Shown piece after piece: positions 1 through 11,275 of a stretch of 64,000 nucleotides of DNA (positions within the stretch are counted from its first letter, which is position 1; each line of letters begins with the position of its first letter). The translations under genes were made by a program, and so were the position numbers. Below the pieces are notes generated by a model. It did not search any database. It saw only the letters and a program-made list of their open reading frames with translations, and was not told where the DNA came from. This DNA is from an uncultured Methanoregulaceae archaeon (GTDB taxonomy: Archaea; Halobacteriota; Methanomicrobia; Methanomicrobiales; Methanospirillaceae), in the NCBI GenBank assembly GCA_963701095.1, contig OY969564.1, positions 1,280,001 to 1,344,000 on the forward strand, in the 5' to 3' direction.

Positions 1-1312
1 CTGATCCCAGCCGGCGGGAATCGCCATATATCATTTCGCGGTGCGGCAGCGGATTTTCTGGGGTCAGTTATTAGCCGGGCAATAAAGGAGGCCCCTGAAT
101 ATTCTTCCATGGTCTTTGTTATTCCTTCCGGTGCGCCTGAATGGTATATAAGATGGCTCGGGGATATTGCGCAAACCGCGGGAATCAGATCATGGAATAC
201 GATTACTGAGCCTGCAGCAGTTGTTGCGGGTTACGAGCTGATTCCTGAACCGGGGCAGGCCTATCTCATTGTCAATTGGGACGAGACAGAACTTACAGTA
301 TCGTTTGCGTTATCTGAAGAACCATCGGATCATCATCCTGCCGGGGGAGTATTTGCAATCAGTACCGCGTGTGATGATACGGGGTGTAAAGCGGTCGATG
401 ACTGGATTGCCCAGGATGTGCTTGCCCGGAGCCCCCTTAAGTATATGGGGGCAAAGGCGCAGAGGATTTACGCAAATATTACCGGAAGGAGTAGGGAGCT
501 TTACAGTCAGCTGGCAAAATCGGATGAGGCTCTGATACACATTGAGGATCCGCTTTCCGGAACAACCCTTTCTGCAAGAATATCCCGTGAAGATATCAAA
601 AGGATCCTGACTGAGCATGAAATCCCCTCAGTCCTTGAACGAACAAGCAGCCGTGCACGGGTCGTCGCCAGCTCCAGGGGGTGTAAAGGGCCTGACACCA
701 TCCTGATGACCGGTCGCGGATGTGCAATACCCATGGTCCGGGAACTCGTGAAACAGCAGTTTCCAGGAATGAAGATCCTTTCAGATCATCCCGTTGATGC
801 CGCTGCCCGCGGGGCTTCAATCTTTTTACCCCGTGCGAACCTCCCTGATCGGGTTAAAAATGATTATGCTCTTCGGGTACTGGGACCCAAAAAGCCGGGA
901 GCACCGGTACCGGTTCCTTGTCCGCAGCGGGGCCCGGTACCCGAGTGCTGGCCAGGTAGCCCGCATCACTATCAGTGCCGCGTACGATGGTCAGACCCGT
1001 CTCGGAATCCCCCTCTACGAGATGAGTGCGTCTCCAGACACAGACATCCCTGATATCGAACTGGTCTCGGACCCCGCCGGGGGAATCCGCCTCGCTGCTC
1101 CGCCGGAAAATACTGGAGGCGGAGGCAGAATCCACCCGGTAAACGAGCGGACTCCGACACTGCTGGTCGCTGACCCGCCGGCACTTAAAGGCGAACCGCG
1201 ATTTGAACTAACGTTCATGCTTGACCGGGAAAAACTACTGCGCGTTACAGCGCGCGATCTTGTAACCGGTACGCTTTTGAAAAAAGATGTACCGGTATAT
1301 AAACTGACATGA
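1..1312 (+). CDS. Hsp70/DnaK-family (actin-like ATPase) protein, 5'-partial; frameshift at ~875
   Basis: Frame is open from base 1. Hsp70-like motifs ITEPAAVVAGY, ILMTGRGCAIPMV and DAAARGA. Removing one G at cttcgggtac (871-880) joins ORF 109..1053 to ORF 794..1312 (LRYWDPKSREHRYRFLV...PRFELTFMLD...VTARDL). Confidence 0.75.
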
Positions 1313-1329
1313 CAACAGGAGGATAATAA

Positions 1330-1533
1330 ATGGAAATGCAGGAAATGGAGATTACGATCGATACAGAAGGCAGAATACAGGTTACCGTGACGGGCGCACA
1401 CAATACTGAATGCCTTGAGCTAACCAAAAAGCTCGAGGAGGCCACAGGTGTTGTTGAGGAACGGATCTATTTACCGGCATATTATGAGCACCAAGTAAGC
1501 GAAGACCAGAATGCCCGTATCCGGCGCTCTTAA
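1330..1533 (+). CDS. DUF2997-family small protein
   Basis: Pattern EITIDTEGRIQVTVTG...CLELTKKLEEATG.V.ER...AYY; strong SD ggagga upstream. Confidence 0.75.
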   Translation: MEMQEMEITIDTEGRIQVTVTGAHNTECLELTKKLEEATGVVEERIYLPAYYEHQVSEDQNARIRRS

Positions 1534-1539
1534 AAAGAA

Positions 1540-2397
1540 TTACCGGGCGAGATCCCGTACAGCCCGGATATTACCCCGGTCATCGCGCCGGTCGTCAACG
1601 GGAGTTTCGCAGATAAGTGGCAGGCGATTAAACACCGGGTTATGGAGGATGCACCGGAAACCATCTTCACCAATGAACCCCATGCCTATATGTTCATGCC
1701 GGTCAAGGCCACTCCCGAGATCACCTTTTGTGTCGTTGGCATGGATTACTTTGAGCCTGCCGATACCCACGGTTTCATCAAGCTGCGCAAGAGTGGCGGC
1801 AAGACCGGTCTCAGTACGCAGCTCATATCCTGCGGCAAACGCATGGCAGGTATCAAAGCAGATCCCTATCCGGTTGGATCGTTCGATCCCGCTGATAATA
1901 CCCTGAATTTGCTCGAAACTGCTTCCTACACTATTCTTCTCTCCAGCGGTATTTTCCAGCAGCAGTATAACGTTTGTATCGGACGCATCAAGCGCCATAT
2001 TCACCGCTTTTATTACCCGTCCCCTGCCTCCCGCTATTCCATCCCCGAGATGGTGGCCAAGATGCGTGACAAGATAGGGAATTTCAAGCCTTCCGCACCG
2101 GTCAAGCTCTGCCTGAAGCGTTTGTACTGATTTATCCCAAATCTCTGTTTTAGGGGAGGCAAGATTGGGGAGGTAGGGCATATGATCGACCGGTATAATC
2201 CCGGTCGTTGCAATTTTCTTCCGGAAAAGGGTGCAGTCATCATCGGTCAGGGGCTTGAACCCCCATCCCCGGGGATTACGCGAGAACATCTGAAAAACGT
2301 CGCATCCCGCATCTTTTGCACGGTCGACGGTAAGATCGAGTGAACCGGCTATAGAAACATGGACGCCTACTTTTACCTGTGCCACAGTTTTCCACAC
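1540..2397 (-). CDS. nfo: Endonuclease IV (AP endonuclease family 2)
   Basis: VGVHVSIAG, HMPYLPNLAS, LENTAG, CFDTCHAFAAG, HANDTK and DRHEHIG motifs. True start may be a few codons downstream. Confidence 0.93.
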   Translation of the reverse strand: MWKTVAQVKVGVHVSIAGSLDLTVDRAKDAGCDVFQMFSRNPRGWGFKPLTDDDCTLFRKKIATTGIIPVDHMPYLPNLASPKTEIWDKSVQTLQAELDRCGRLEIPYLVTHLGHHLGDGIAGGRGRVIKAVNMALDASDTNVILLLENTAGEKNSVGSSFEQIQGIISGIERSNRIGICFDTCHAFAAGYELRTETGLAATLAQLDETVGIGRLKVIHANDTKGDLGSGLDRHEHIGMGFIGEDGFRCILHNPVFNRLPLICETPVDDRRDDRGNIRAVRDLAR

Positions 2398-2491
2398 TCC
2401 TGCATTTGAATTACCTGCATCAGATCACCATTTCAGCACATTGGTACATGGAGATTGTGATCGATCCCACCGCACCTTACAAAAAGAAGGG

Positions 2492-3114
2492 TTATTCACT
2501 GCGCCGGTGAGCAAAGATAACAACAATACCCAGACCATGGACACTGATTGCTATAAACGGCATGCCAGATTGTTGAGTCGTTGTGGCAATCAAGGCTGAT
2601 ACGGTTATCGGTTCGGAAGAGGATACAACCGAGGCCAATGTACCGCTCATACCAACCGGAGGAACAATAAAACGAGATAATCAGAGATTGGCTGAACGCC
2701 GGTCATAAGGGAGTATGCCGGACACGAAACCGATGACGCATGACCATCTACAAATGTAACATTAACGTTTGAGGCATCGCTACGACCATTAAAAAAGAGC
2801 GACTTCCCCAGGAGAGGTGTTTCTGCAACTACCCTCGTACCGCTGGTAGTCGTCACGTCTGATGAATCTGCCGTGCATATTGTCCCGGTACACACGGAAC
2901 AATTCGGAACCGTAGCCCCGTTTACTGAATAGTCACCGACAAGTGATGTTGGGGGGCTGCCAATATCTCCGATCTCGTCTATGGCATAATTTGCACTGGG
3001 CTTGGATCCGTACAGTTTTTCGAGCGCGATCCATTTCCCACCGGCTTGCCCAAAACTCACATGATGTTTCCGGAATTGTAAGAACGGGGATTTATTATAC
3101 GTTGGTGGGGGCAC
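2492..3114 (-). pseudogene. Degenerate cell-surface protein remnant with PGF-CTERM-like tail
   Basis: ORF 2647..3114 is Thr/Ser/Val-rich. A shifted frame continues IVPPVG...ATTTQQSGMPFIAISVHGLGIVVIFAHRRSE* (stop 2492-2494), i.e. a Thr-rich linker, hydrophobic helix and basic tail. Confidence 0.4.
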
Positions 3115-3151
3115 CTGTAATTTGATGTTAAAGGACGGCTAATGTCAGGAT

Positions 3152-3895
3152 ATGCAGGTTACCTTTCTTGGGACAAATGGCTGGTATGATTCACCAACGG
3201 GAAACACAGTCTCAGCGCTGATCTCAGCCCGGGATTACGATATTATTCTTGACGCGGGAAATGGTATTTCAAAAGCAGACCGGTATATTTCTCAGGATAA
3301 ACCGGTCTTCCTGTTTATCAGCCATTTCCATCTTGATCATACGGAAGGACTTCACACGTTGGTAAAATTCCGGTTCAGAAAAGGATTGACGATCTGTGGT
3401 CAGCCAGGCACATCGACGGATCTTGCGGGGCTCGTCCGTGAACCCTATACTGTGCCCCTTGACAAGGTCCCCTTTAGGGTTACCGTGACCGAACTTACCG
3501 ATGGTACTCACGAGATTCCGTTTAAAGTTACCAGCCTGCCGCTTTCCCATCCCGTTCCTTGCAGGGGCTTCAGGTTCGAGATTGACGGAAAGGTCGTTAC
3601 TTATTGCACAGATACGGGCATATGCGATAATGCAATTACCCTCGCGCGCGGCGCAGATCTTCTCATTACCGAGTGCGGCTTAAAGCCCGGTCAGAAAAGT
3701 CCAGATTGGCCGCATCTCAACCCTGAAGAGGCTATCCATATTGCAAAGGTGGCTAAAGCTAAACGCCTCGCACTGATGCACTTTGGGGCAGAGGTGTACA
3801 AATCACTCGATGAAAGGCGGAATTTGAAAAAGCAGTTTGAAAAAGAGTGCCCGGACCTTGTTGTATCTGAGGACAATATGACTATCGACGTTTAA
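3152..3895 (+). CDS. MBL-fold metallo-hydrolase (RNase Z/BN-like)
   Basis: FLGTNGW, ILDAGNG, SHFHLDH, YCTDTG, HLNPEEA and LMHF motifs. Confidence 0.88.
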   Translation: MQVTFLGTNGWYDSPTGNTVSALISARDYDIILDAGNGISKADRYISQDKPVFLFISHFHLDHTEGLHTLVKFRFRKGLTICGQPGTSTDLAGLVREPYTVPLDKVPFRVTVTELTDGTHEIPFKVTSLPLSHPVPCRGFRFEIDGKVVTYCTDTGICDNAITLARGADLLITECGLKPGQKSPDWPHLNPEEAIHIAKVAKAKRLALMHFGAEVYKSLDERRNLKKQFEKECPDLVVSEDNMTIDV

Positions 3896-3968
3896 GCTTG
3901 TTTTGGTACAGGATTTATCGATTCCGTTTCCTCTATAAACTGAAAAACCGATCATTCAGGTATACTCA

Positions 3969-5414
3969 ATGGATCTCCAATCACTTATCCCAAAGGACGC
4001 CCAGGCCTTCAAAACAAAGACCATCGATAAGCTCATGGAGTGCACTAATGGCGAACATTCGCTCAGAAAAGTACTTTCACCGCTTGATCTGACCCTCATG
4101 GGCATCGGTGCTATCATTGGCACGGGAATCTTCGTAATCACGGGCGTGGTAGCGGCAAACTATTCTGGTCCTGCGCTTGTTGTCTCTTTTGTTATCGCCG
4201 GAATCGTTTGCGCATTTGCAGCCCTTGCGTATGCGGAGTTTGCTTCAATGGTACCGGTCTCCGGGAGTGCTTACACCTACAGCTATGCCTCACTTGGCGA
4301 GATCTGGGCATGGATCATCGGGTGGGACCTGATTCTCGAATATGGTGTTTCCATTGCAGCAGTTGCTGTGGGGTGGTCAGGATATGCTACAAGCCTTATT
4401 GCAGGTGCTGGGATAACACTACCTGCTGCGTTCATAAACCCGCCCGGAACAAACGGGGGACTTGTCAATCTTCCGGCGATGGCAATCATCCTTCTGGTCA
4501 GCGTTATCCTCATAATTGGTGTACGGGAAAGCGCCCGGGTCAACATGGTAATTGTTGCAATAAAACTTGCCGTAATCTTTCTCTTCCTGTACCTTGCCTT
4601 CGGTCACATCCGGCCCGCCAACTGGGTACCCTTCATGCCATTTGGTTGGAACGGGGTAATCACCGGTGCGGCAATCGTCTTTTTTGCCTATATTGGTTTT
4701 GACGCGGTTTCAACTGCGGCAGAAGAGGTGAAAAACCCAAAACGGGATATACCCATAGGCATTCTCTCCTCACTTGCAATTGCGACGATCCTTTATATCG
4801 CAGTCTCCGCAGTTCTTACCGGGATCGTTCCTTATACGCTTTTTGCCGATACAAGCGCACCGGTTGCTTTTGCGCTTGAACAGATCGGGATATCCTGGGG
4901 ATCAGCGCTTATCTCCGTCGGAGCCATCTGCGGGATTACGTCCGTTATCCTTGTGCTCCTGTACGGCCAGACGCGTATATTCTTTGCAATGTCACGCGAC
5001 GGTTTGCTCCCCGGACTATTCAGGCAGATCCATCCCGTGTACCGAACCCCGGTCAAAGTGACCATCCTTGTAGGCATGGTCACTGCTTTCCTCGCCGGAT
5101 TTCTCCCGCTCACTACTATTGCAGAGCTTGTCAATATCGGAACCCTTGCCGCATTTATTATTGTCTCGCTTGGTGTGATCGTTCTCCGCCATACACAACC
5201 GACGTTGCCCCGGCCGTTCAGGTGTCCTTTTGTCCCCTATGTCCCGATCCTTTGCATCCTTTCCTGCGGGCTGCTGATCCTTGCACTCCCCCTGGTTACC
5301 CACCTGCGATTCGTACTCTGGCTTGCAGTCGGCCTTGTAATCTATATCCTATACAGCAGGCATAACAGCAGGATTAACGATGATACAAGTGCTCTCGATT
5401 GCTGGAAGGAGTGA
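3969..5414 (+). CDS. APC-family (CAT-like) amino acid permease
   Basis: GIGAIIGTGIF, YAEFASMVPVSGSAYTY and FFAYIGFDAVSTAAEE motifs; about 12 TM helices. Confidence 0.95.
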   Translation: MDLQSLIPKDAQAFKTKTIDKLMECTNGEHSLRKVLSPLDLTLMGIGAIIGTGIFVITGVVAANYSGPALVVSFVIAGIVCAFAALAYAEFASMVPVSGSAYTYSYASLGEIWAWIIGWDLILEYGVSIAAVAVGWSGYATSLIAGAGITLPAAFINPPGTNGGLVNLPAMAIILLVSVILIIGVRESARVNMVIVAIKLAVIFLFLYLAFGHIRPANWVPFMPFGWNGVITGAAIVFFAYIGFDAVSTAAEEVKNPKRDIPIGILSSLAIATILYIAVSAVLTGIVPYTLFADTSAPVAFALEQIGISWGSALISVGAICGITSVILVLLYGQTRIFFAMSRDGLLPGLFRQIHPVYRTPVKVTILVGMVTAFLAGFLPLTTIAELVNIGTLAAFIIVSLGVIVLRHTQPTLPRPFRCPFVPYVPILCILSCGLLILALPLVTHLRFVLWLAVGLVIYILYSRHNSRINDDTSALDCWKE

Positions 5415-5457
5415 ACGGAAAGAAACGTATCCGATGTCTGTGAAAAGAGAGAAAAGA

Positions 5458-6030
5458 TTACTTTTTGAGTTTTTTCATTACCCATGCCATATTTTCGCCA
5501 AGCACTTTCATGGTGTTGAGCCCTTCATCGTCGTGTTCCACATCTCCGGGCGCAAGCCCGATACCGACATTCCAGTAACACGAGCCGGGAACGACCATCT
5601 GACTGATGAAGAAGAAATGGTTGATTGTATCGAACGTGTGGATTGCACCCCCACGGCGAACAGCCACAACCGCAGCTCCAACTTTGCGCCGGAACATGCT
5701 ATCATTTGCCATGGCAACAAAGCCCGATCGGTCGATCAGCGCTTTCATTTCAGTGGTCACATCTGAGAAATATGTTGGTGATGCGAGAATGATCCCGTCG
5801 GCTTCGTCCATTTTACCTATGCATTCGTTTGCAAAATCGTCAATCACACATCTGCGATCCTTATTCTCCATGCATTTCATGCAGGCAGTACATCCATGCA
5901 CTTTCTTTCCTGCGAGCTGAACCAGTTCAGTTTTGATACCTTCTTTCTCGAGTTCTTCGAATAGTGTCCGCACGAGGATTGCAGTGTTTCCATCTTTGCG
6001 GGCACTCCCGTTAAATGCGACAACCTTCAT
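5458..6030 (-). CDS. Iron-sulfur flavoprotein (Isf)/NADPH-dependent FMN reductase family
   Basis: GSARKDGNT, CTACMKC...C cluster motif, ASPTYF, MKALIDR. Confidence 0.9.
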   Translation of the reverse strand: MKVVAFNGSARKDGNTAILVRTLFEELEKEGIKTELVQLAGKKVHGCTACMKCMENKDRRCVIDDFANECIGKMDEADGIILASPTYFSDVTTEMKALIDRSGFVAMANDSMFRRKVGAAVVAVRRGGAIHTFDTINHFFFISQMVVPGSCYWNVGIGLAPGDVEHDDEGLNTMKVLGENMAWVMKKLKK

Positions 6031-6198
6031 GATACTCTCCCTAATAATTCCCGGTAGAATCGCTCCACAGATAATACATTCAGTTTCTTGAAAGGGATCT
6101 TATAAGAGAACGTGGTGAAATAATCCGGACCTACATATTGCAAAAACTATGTACTAGGGTATCATCTTATGAACCCGCGCGCCAAATAGTCGTGCGAT

Positions 6199-7798
6199 AT
6201 GAATACTAAGAGTACAGTTTTCCGATCTTTCCCTTTCAAAAGAGATCGCGAAAGCCATCGAACAAATGGGCTTTGAAGAGCCCACCCCCATCCAGGCACG
6301 TGCAATACCCCTCATCCAAAGCGGCCGGGATGTGACAGCACAGGCACAGACCGGCACCGGAAAAACCTCGGCTTTTGGTATCCCGGTCATTGAAAACATA
6401 GACCAGACCCAAAGGGTTGTTCAGACTATCGTGCTCTGTCCAACGCGTGAACTCGCCATTCAGATCGCCGAAGAATTCTCCCATCTTCTTGCATATCTCC
6501 CGAAAATTTCAATTCTCCCGGTATATGGCGGCCAACCAATTGAACGCCAGCTAAAGCTCTTGCACATGGCGTCCATATTGTTATCGGAACCCCTGGACGC
6601 GTGATGGACCATCTCCGGCGCCGGACACTCTCCCTTGACCATGTCTCGATTGTTGTTCTTGATGAAGCCGACCAGATGCTCGATATGGGATTTCGCGAAG
6701 ATATCGAGCATATTTTAAAAAGTGTCCCGCAGAAACGGCAGACACTGCTCTTCTCCGCGACGATGCCCCAGCCTATTATAGAGATTTCAAAACGGTTCCA
6801 GAACAAGCCCGAGTTTGTCCGAATAGAGTACCAGGAACTAACAGTTCCTGCTACAGAACAATCCTATATCGAAGTCAAGGACCGGGACAAACTTGATTCC
6901 CTTTGCCGGGTAATCGATGTCGTCGACCCACAACTTGCCATAATCTTCTGTAACACCAAGAGGCGAGCAGAGGATCTTGCCAGTCATATCAGGGCACGGG
7001 GTTACCGCGCCGAGGAACTTCACGGAGATATGAAACAGACCCAGCGGGACCGGGTCATGAACAGTTTCCGGAAAGGCACTCTCGATATCCTGATAGCGAC
7101 CGATGTCGCCGCGCGGGGAATAGATGTTGAAGATGTCGATATCGTAATTAATTACGATGTTCCTCAAGATGTCGAATACTATGTTCACCGCATCGGCCGC
7201 ACGGGGCGAGCCGGGAAAAGTGGCCGGGCAATCACCTTTGTAACACCCCGGGATTTAACCAAACTCCGCGAGATCCAGAAATACATAAAAGTTCAGATCC
7301 CACGAAAGAATCTTCCGACTGCAGACGATGTCGTTGAATCAAAAACCAAGACAATTATCGAAGAGATCCGTGAGACTGTCCAAAAGGGTGGTATTGACCA
7401 GTATAAACGGATGATCGAAAAGGAGAGCGAAGGAGATCTCTCAACGCTTGAGATCGCTGCCGCTCTCATGAAATTGCGTATGGAGCAGGGAGCGGAAACC
7501 CGCAAAGAACGCAACGCCCCGGCCGATTTCGGAGATACCGGCGCAGAGGCCGGCATGGTACGGTTCTTCTTAGGTCTTGGACGGAACCACAATGTCAGCT
7601 CCCAAGGACATTGTCGGCGCAATAGCTGGTGAAACCGGTATCCCTGGCAAATCAATAGGGGCGATAAGGATACTCGATACCTATTCCTTTGTTGAAGTAC
7701 CCCGCGATTGTGCAGAAGAGGTCTATACTATCATGAAGGATCGCACGATCCGCGGCCAACCAACCGGGATAGAACCGGCCCAAGGCCGTAATGAGTGA
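6199..7798 (+). CDS. DEAD-box RNA helicase with C-terminal DbpA/CsdA-type RNA-binding domain; three apparent frameshifts (~6210, ~6555, ~7597)
   Basis: Q motif GFEEPTPIQ, AQTGTGKT, PTRELA, DEAD, SAT and HRIGRTGRAG are spread over ORFs 6266..6604, 6601..7632 and 7577..7798. Confidence 0.9.
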
Positions 7799-7930
7799 AG
7801 TAACCTTTTTTAGAGCGTAATAAATTTTCTTTTTTATATTTGCAGGAATGTGCAGAACCCAGGAAATATTTATATATAACGAAAATCTGCTACGCACAAT
7901 CCTATATATCACGCAGTTGAACTTTCCAGT

Positions 7931-8431
7931 ATGAATATGAAGGTTCTTTTTGTCGGTCTTGTGTGTCTCGTCCTTGTGCTTGTTGCAGCTGGTTGTACAC
8001 AACCTGCCGCGCAGCAGGCAACGCCGGTTCCCACACAAGTCGCAACTCCCGTAGAACAAGTTAGTACCCTAACTGCAGCTCCAACCACGTTTATACCCGC
8101 TACCCCCGGCCCAACGGAGACATTACCGAGCAACTGGGGTGTGACTGTTCAGGTTCAGAGCAACGGACAGGCGATAAACCCCCAGGTGATTTTCACTTTT
8201 GAGGGGGGCATGGGCCAGAATTTAATTCCTGAAATTGACGTCCAGCTCACCAGGTCTGATGGGACCGTGGAAACAGGCAAAATGACGCAACCCCTAGCTA
8301 TAGGGACGACTACCGTTAGTCTCCCGGGAACAACAGGCAATAATGACCGGGCTCAAGTATGGGCTTTAACCCCTCAGGGAGATAAAGTTTTGATCTACGA
8401 CCAGTATGTGCCATTCAGGGCTTATGCATAA
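7931..8431 (+). CDS. Secreted/lipoprotein-like hypothetical protein
   Basis: Hydrophobic N-terminus ending AAGC, Thr/Pro-rich linker, beta-rich domain. Confidence 0.75.
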   Translation: MNMKVLFVGLVCLVLVLVAAGCTQPAAQQATPVPTQVATPVEQVSTLTAAPTTFIPATPGPTETLPSNWGVTVQVQSNGQAINPQVIFTFEGGMGQNLIPEIDVQLTRSDGTVETGKMTQPLAIGTTTVSLPGTTGNNDRAQVWALTPQGDKVLIYDQYVPFRAYA

Positions 8432-8482
8432 TCTTTCCCTTTTTCATCCTGTTTTCGGGTAATTCACATCAGAATATACTAG

Positions 8483-8937
8483 TCAATAATCATCAAGATG
8501 CAACGTCTGCCACGTTATCGTTCCTTCTTCCACAGCTTTTTTATCACCCGCTGGGTTCGGGAAAGGGTAGCACTCCCATGCTTCACGTCCATAAATACAA
8601 TCCTGATAGTTGACCCTTTCTCATCGGCGACTGATGAAAGGCCATCAAATATTATGTAATCGACCGGGGAGCCGATGAACCGGGCATCCGCCGGGAGGTA
8701 CCCAAACGATGGCAAAAGTGGTGCCATCTGTTCACCAATTTTTCCTTTCAGGGTCGAGCGGGACCGGTTCACCGAATCTTTCCGGATCTCAGCAGCATAT
8801 TCTATTTTCCATCGCTCAAGATCAGCCCGATACCGTTGTTCAATTGCAGAAATTTGCGCTTTTACAAAGCACCAACCAAGAAAAAAACCGGCGATCAGGG
8901 CAATTACAATGTAGACGAGGGTATCTTCAAATGCCAT
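8483..8937 (-). CDS. Holliday-junction-resolvase-like endonuclease (Endonuc_Holl family) with N-terminal TM helix; frameshift at ~8537
   Basis: SRSTLKGKIGEQMAP, DARFIGSPVDYIIFDGL, IVFMDVK. One extra A in the A-run restores KKAVEEGTITWQTLHLDDY*. Confidence 0.85.
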
Positions 8938-9198
8938 AAAAGTGGTACGACACCAGCTTTTAATGCAGATGGGCAGGGAGTGTGAAAATAACTGCTTACG
9001 ATCAGGATGTACCTTTCTGCCGACGAAATACTTTTGACGTTCAAGCGATCGCATTTTTGAAGAATGGAGAAAGGAGTTTCATTTAAAAAGATGCAACTAT
9101 TCTCCAAGGGGAATATTTTCTCCATTATTATGGATACATACAACCAGTGTGAACCACAATTCTTTTTTCCCGTATGGTAGACTTAGGATTGTATAGCT

Positions 9199-9663
9199 AT
9201 GCAGAAAATTCCAACCCGAAAATACCAGGTAGTCGAGGAAGCAGAGATCGATCTCGTCCTCAAGTCCAGGGACAGCCGCGAATTTTATGAGCAATATCTC
9301 AAAGTATTTCCTGATACCAAAAAAGGGCTCGATAGCATTAGTAAAATATGGAAACGCCGTAGCGAATTTGCAAAGAAGCGGCCACTTATCCTCCCCCAGG
9401 CAGAAGGCGGTTCACCAAACGCTCACGAGATACAGGCACTTATCACCGAACAGACAAAAATCATGACGGATATAGCCGCTCTCACTAAAGAAAACCTTGA
9501 AATCAGCAGACAGATTCTCCAGGCGCTCGCCCATCAGAACCGGATTATGTCCGGACATAATGAAGATACTGCAAAGGAACCGGTGCATCAGGCTCACACT
9601 TCAAAACCAGCGGCGCAGAAAAAAGCTCCGGAAAAACAGACACCTATTCTGGTGGGTTCATAA
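9199..9663 (+). CDS. Hypothetical protein with coiled-coil segment
   Basis: 154-aa ORF occupying an otherwise empty region; protein-like composition; no family recognised. Confidence 0.7.
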   Translation: MQKIPTRKYQVVEEAEIDLVLKSRDSREFYEQYLKVFPDTKKGLDSISKIWKRRSEFAKKRPLILPQAEGGSPNAHEIQALITEQTKIMTDIAALTKENLEISRQILQALAHQNRIMSGHNEDTAKEPVHQAHTSKPAAQKKAPEKQTPILVGS

Positions 9664-9878
9664 TCGAAAACATCTCTTTATATTTTTTTCATTCCCGCGC
9701 ATATCTTTTTTTAAAAGTTATTTCAAAAGAATACTGATAAATTCTCCTTCTTCTGGCCAATTTCCTTACTAAAACAGATTGTTTAACAAATCCATTTACA
9801 GATTACTTTAATCATATAATAAAGAGGGGCCAGAATCACCCTATTCATATATATAGATCCAGACAAAAATTTTTGTAT

Positions 9879-10163
9879 ATGCCACGTGGACGCCCTAAAG
9901 GTTCAAGGAATCTGAGCGCATATGAACGCGGAAAAGTAAAAAGAATACGTGAAATTCTTTTGCAGAAAGGAATTAGCGATTTTGACCGTCTGCGCGATCA
10001 GCAGATTCTCAATAATATTTATGTTAATACTGATGGCGAAATATTTGTTAAATTTGGTTTAGGCAAAATTATTACCGAAGAAAAGGTTCCCCTGAACCGG
10101 ACTGGCGAGAAGATTCTCGCAAAACTCGAGAAAAACATTGCATTATTGCGCACTGTTATCTGA
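9879..10163 (+). CDS. Small basic protein with N-terminal AT-hook-like motif
   Basis: Starts MPRGRPKGS; Lys/Arg-rich; TATA-like tatatata at ~9848-9855. Confidence 0.6.
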   Translation: MPRGRPKGSRNLSAYERGKVKRIREILLQKGISDFDRLRDQQILNNIYVNTDGEIFVKFGLGKIITEEKVPLNRTGEKILAKLEKNIALLRTVI

Positions 10164-10419
10164 AAAAAAACCTGATTTAATTTTATCTGGAAAAAACATC
10201 CAGAATATAGGCAATATTTTCTTTTTGTAAAAGATCTTTTCTTACTGCTTTTGCCTATCCTTTGACCATTTGCCATATCCCGATGTTATCAAATTTTACT
10301 AGTGAAATTGTAACCGTTTTTACTTTCGAACCTGTATTTCCTGTAAAACATATTCGCGAAAATCCAGGTAGTTCCATAAAAACAATATCCCGTGACGTCA
10401 CACCCATTCTTACATATCG

Positions 10420-11148
10420 GTGATTATTGTTTCACTCATTCCTATACCGTACCGCATAACAGACTCTTACGGAGGAAAAGAACGCCTTATTTGAGTATCC
10501 CGTTCATCGTCTCGCAGATGTGATCCGGGAGGTCGGGTTCCGGTGCACAGGCTGCGCAAAATGCTGTTCCCGGGTATTCAACGGTCACGTTTTTCTTCTT
10601 GATCAGGAAGTGGCTGTTGTTCGGGCAATTGATCCTAATGCGATCGAGCCGCTCCGGATCCTGAGTTCTGTGACCAAAATGGCACATTTTATGTATCAGG
10701 TTATTCACTTAAGGTGCAGGATGATGAAAGCGGATCGTGCTGGTTTCTCAATAAAGGCAAATGCAGCATATACGACCGCAGGTTTTCTATATGTCGGATC
10801 TATCCGTACATGCTTCACCGGGAGCCTGACGAAAGGGGAAACATTGACTGGCGCCAGATCTCCGGGTTGGACAAACACGGCGAATATAATACTGCAATCA
10901 CAGAGGAGGAAAGCCTCACCATTGCCCGCGTAACCCTCGAATATGAACATGCGTTCCTCGATCATCAGATCGCTTTTTTAGATTGTGTCCAGGATTGGTT
11001 TGCTCGGCACCAGCTCCGGCACGTGCAGAAAATCTATGACACAAGGTTGCGACAGCTCAGGAAGGGTGTACCGATCACGGTCATGGTCTACACTGACGGA
11101 AATTTCGAAAAATGCCAGATTTGCACTGATACAATATCCCGCAAATAA
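10420..11148 (+). CDS. YkgJ-family CxxCxxCC cysteine-cluster protein; frameshifts at ~10463 and ~10650
   Basis: GFRCTGCAKCC in ORF 10520..10933 and CWFL...CSIYDRRFSICRIYP in ORF 10714..11148. Start position inferred. Confidence 0.8.
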
Positions 11149-11275
11149 TAAACGGATATCGTTGACATTCCGAATAGTGAGTTTTTCATCCGGAAAAGGG
11201 AGGATCCTTCAGAGAGGCAATCAATGTTTCAATCCAGTCCGATGAACAAGAATCCGATAAATCTAAAAAAGGTAA

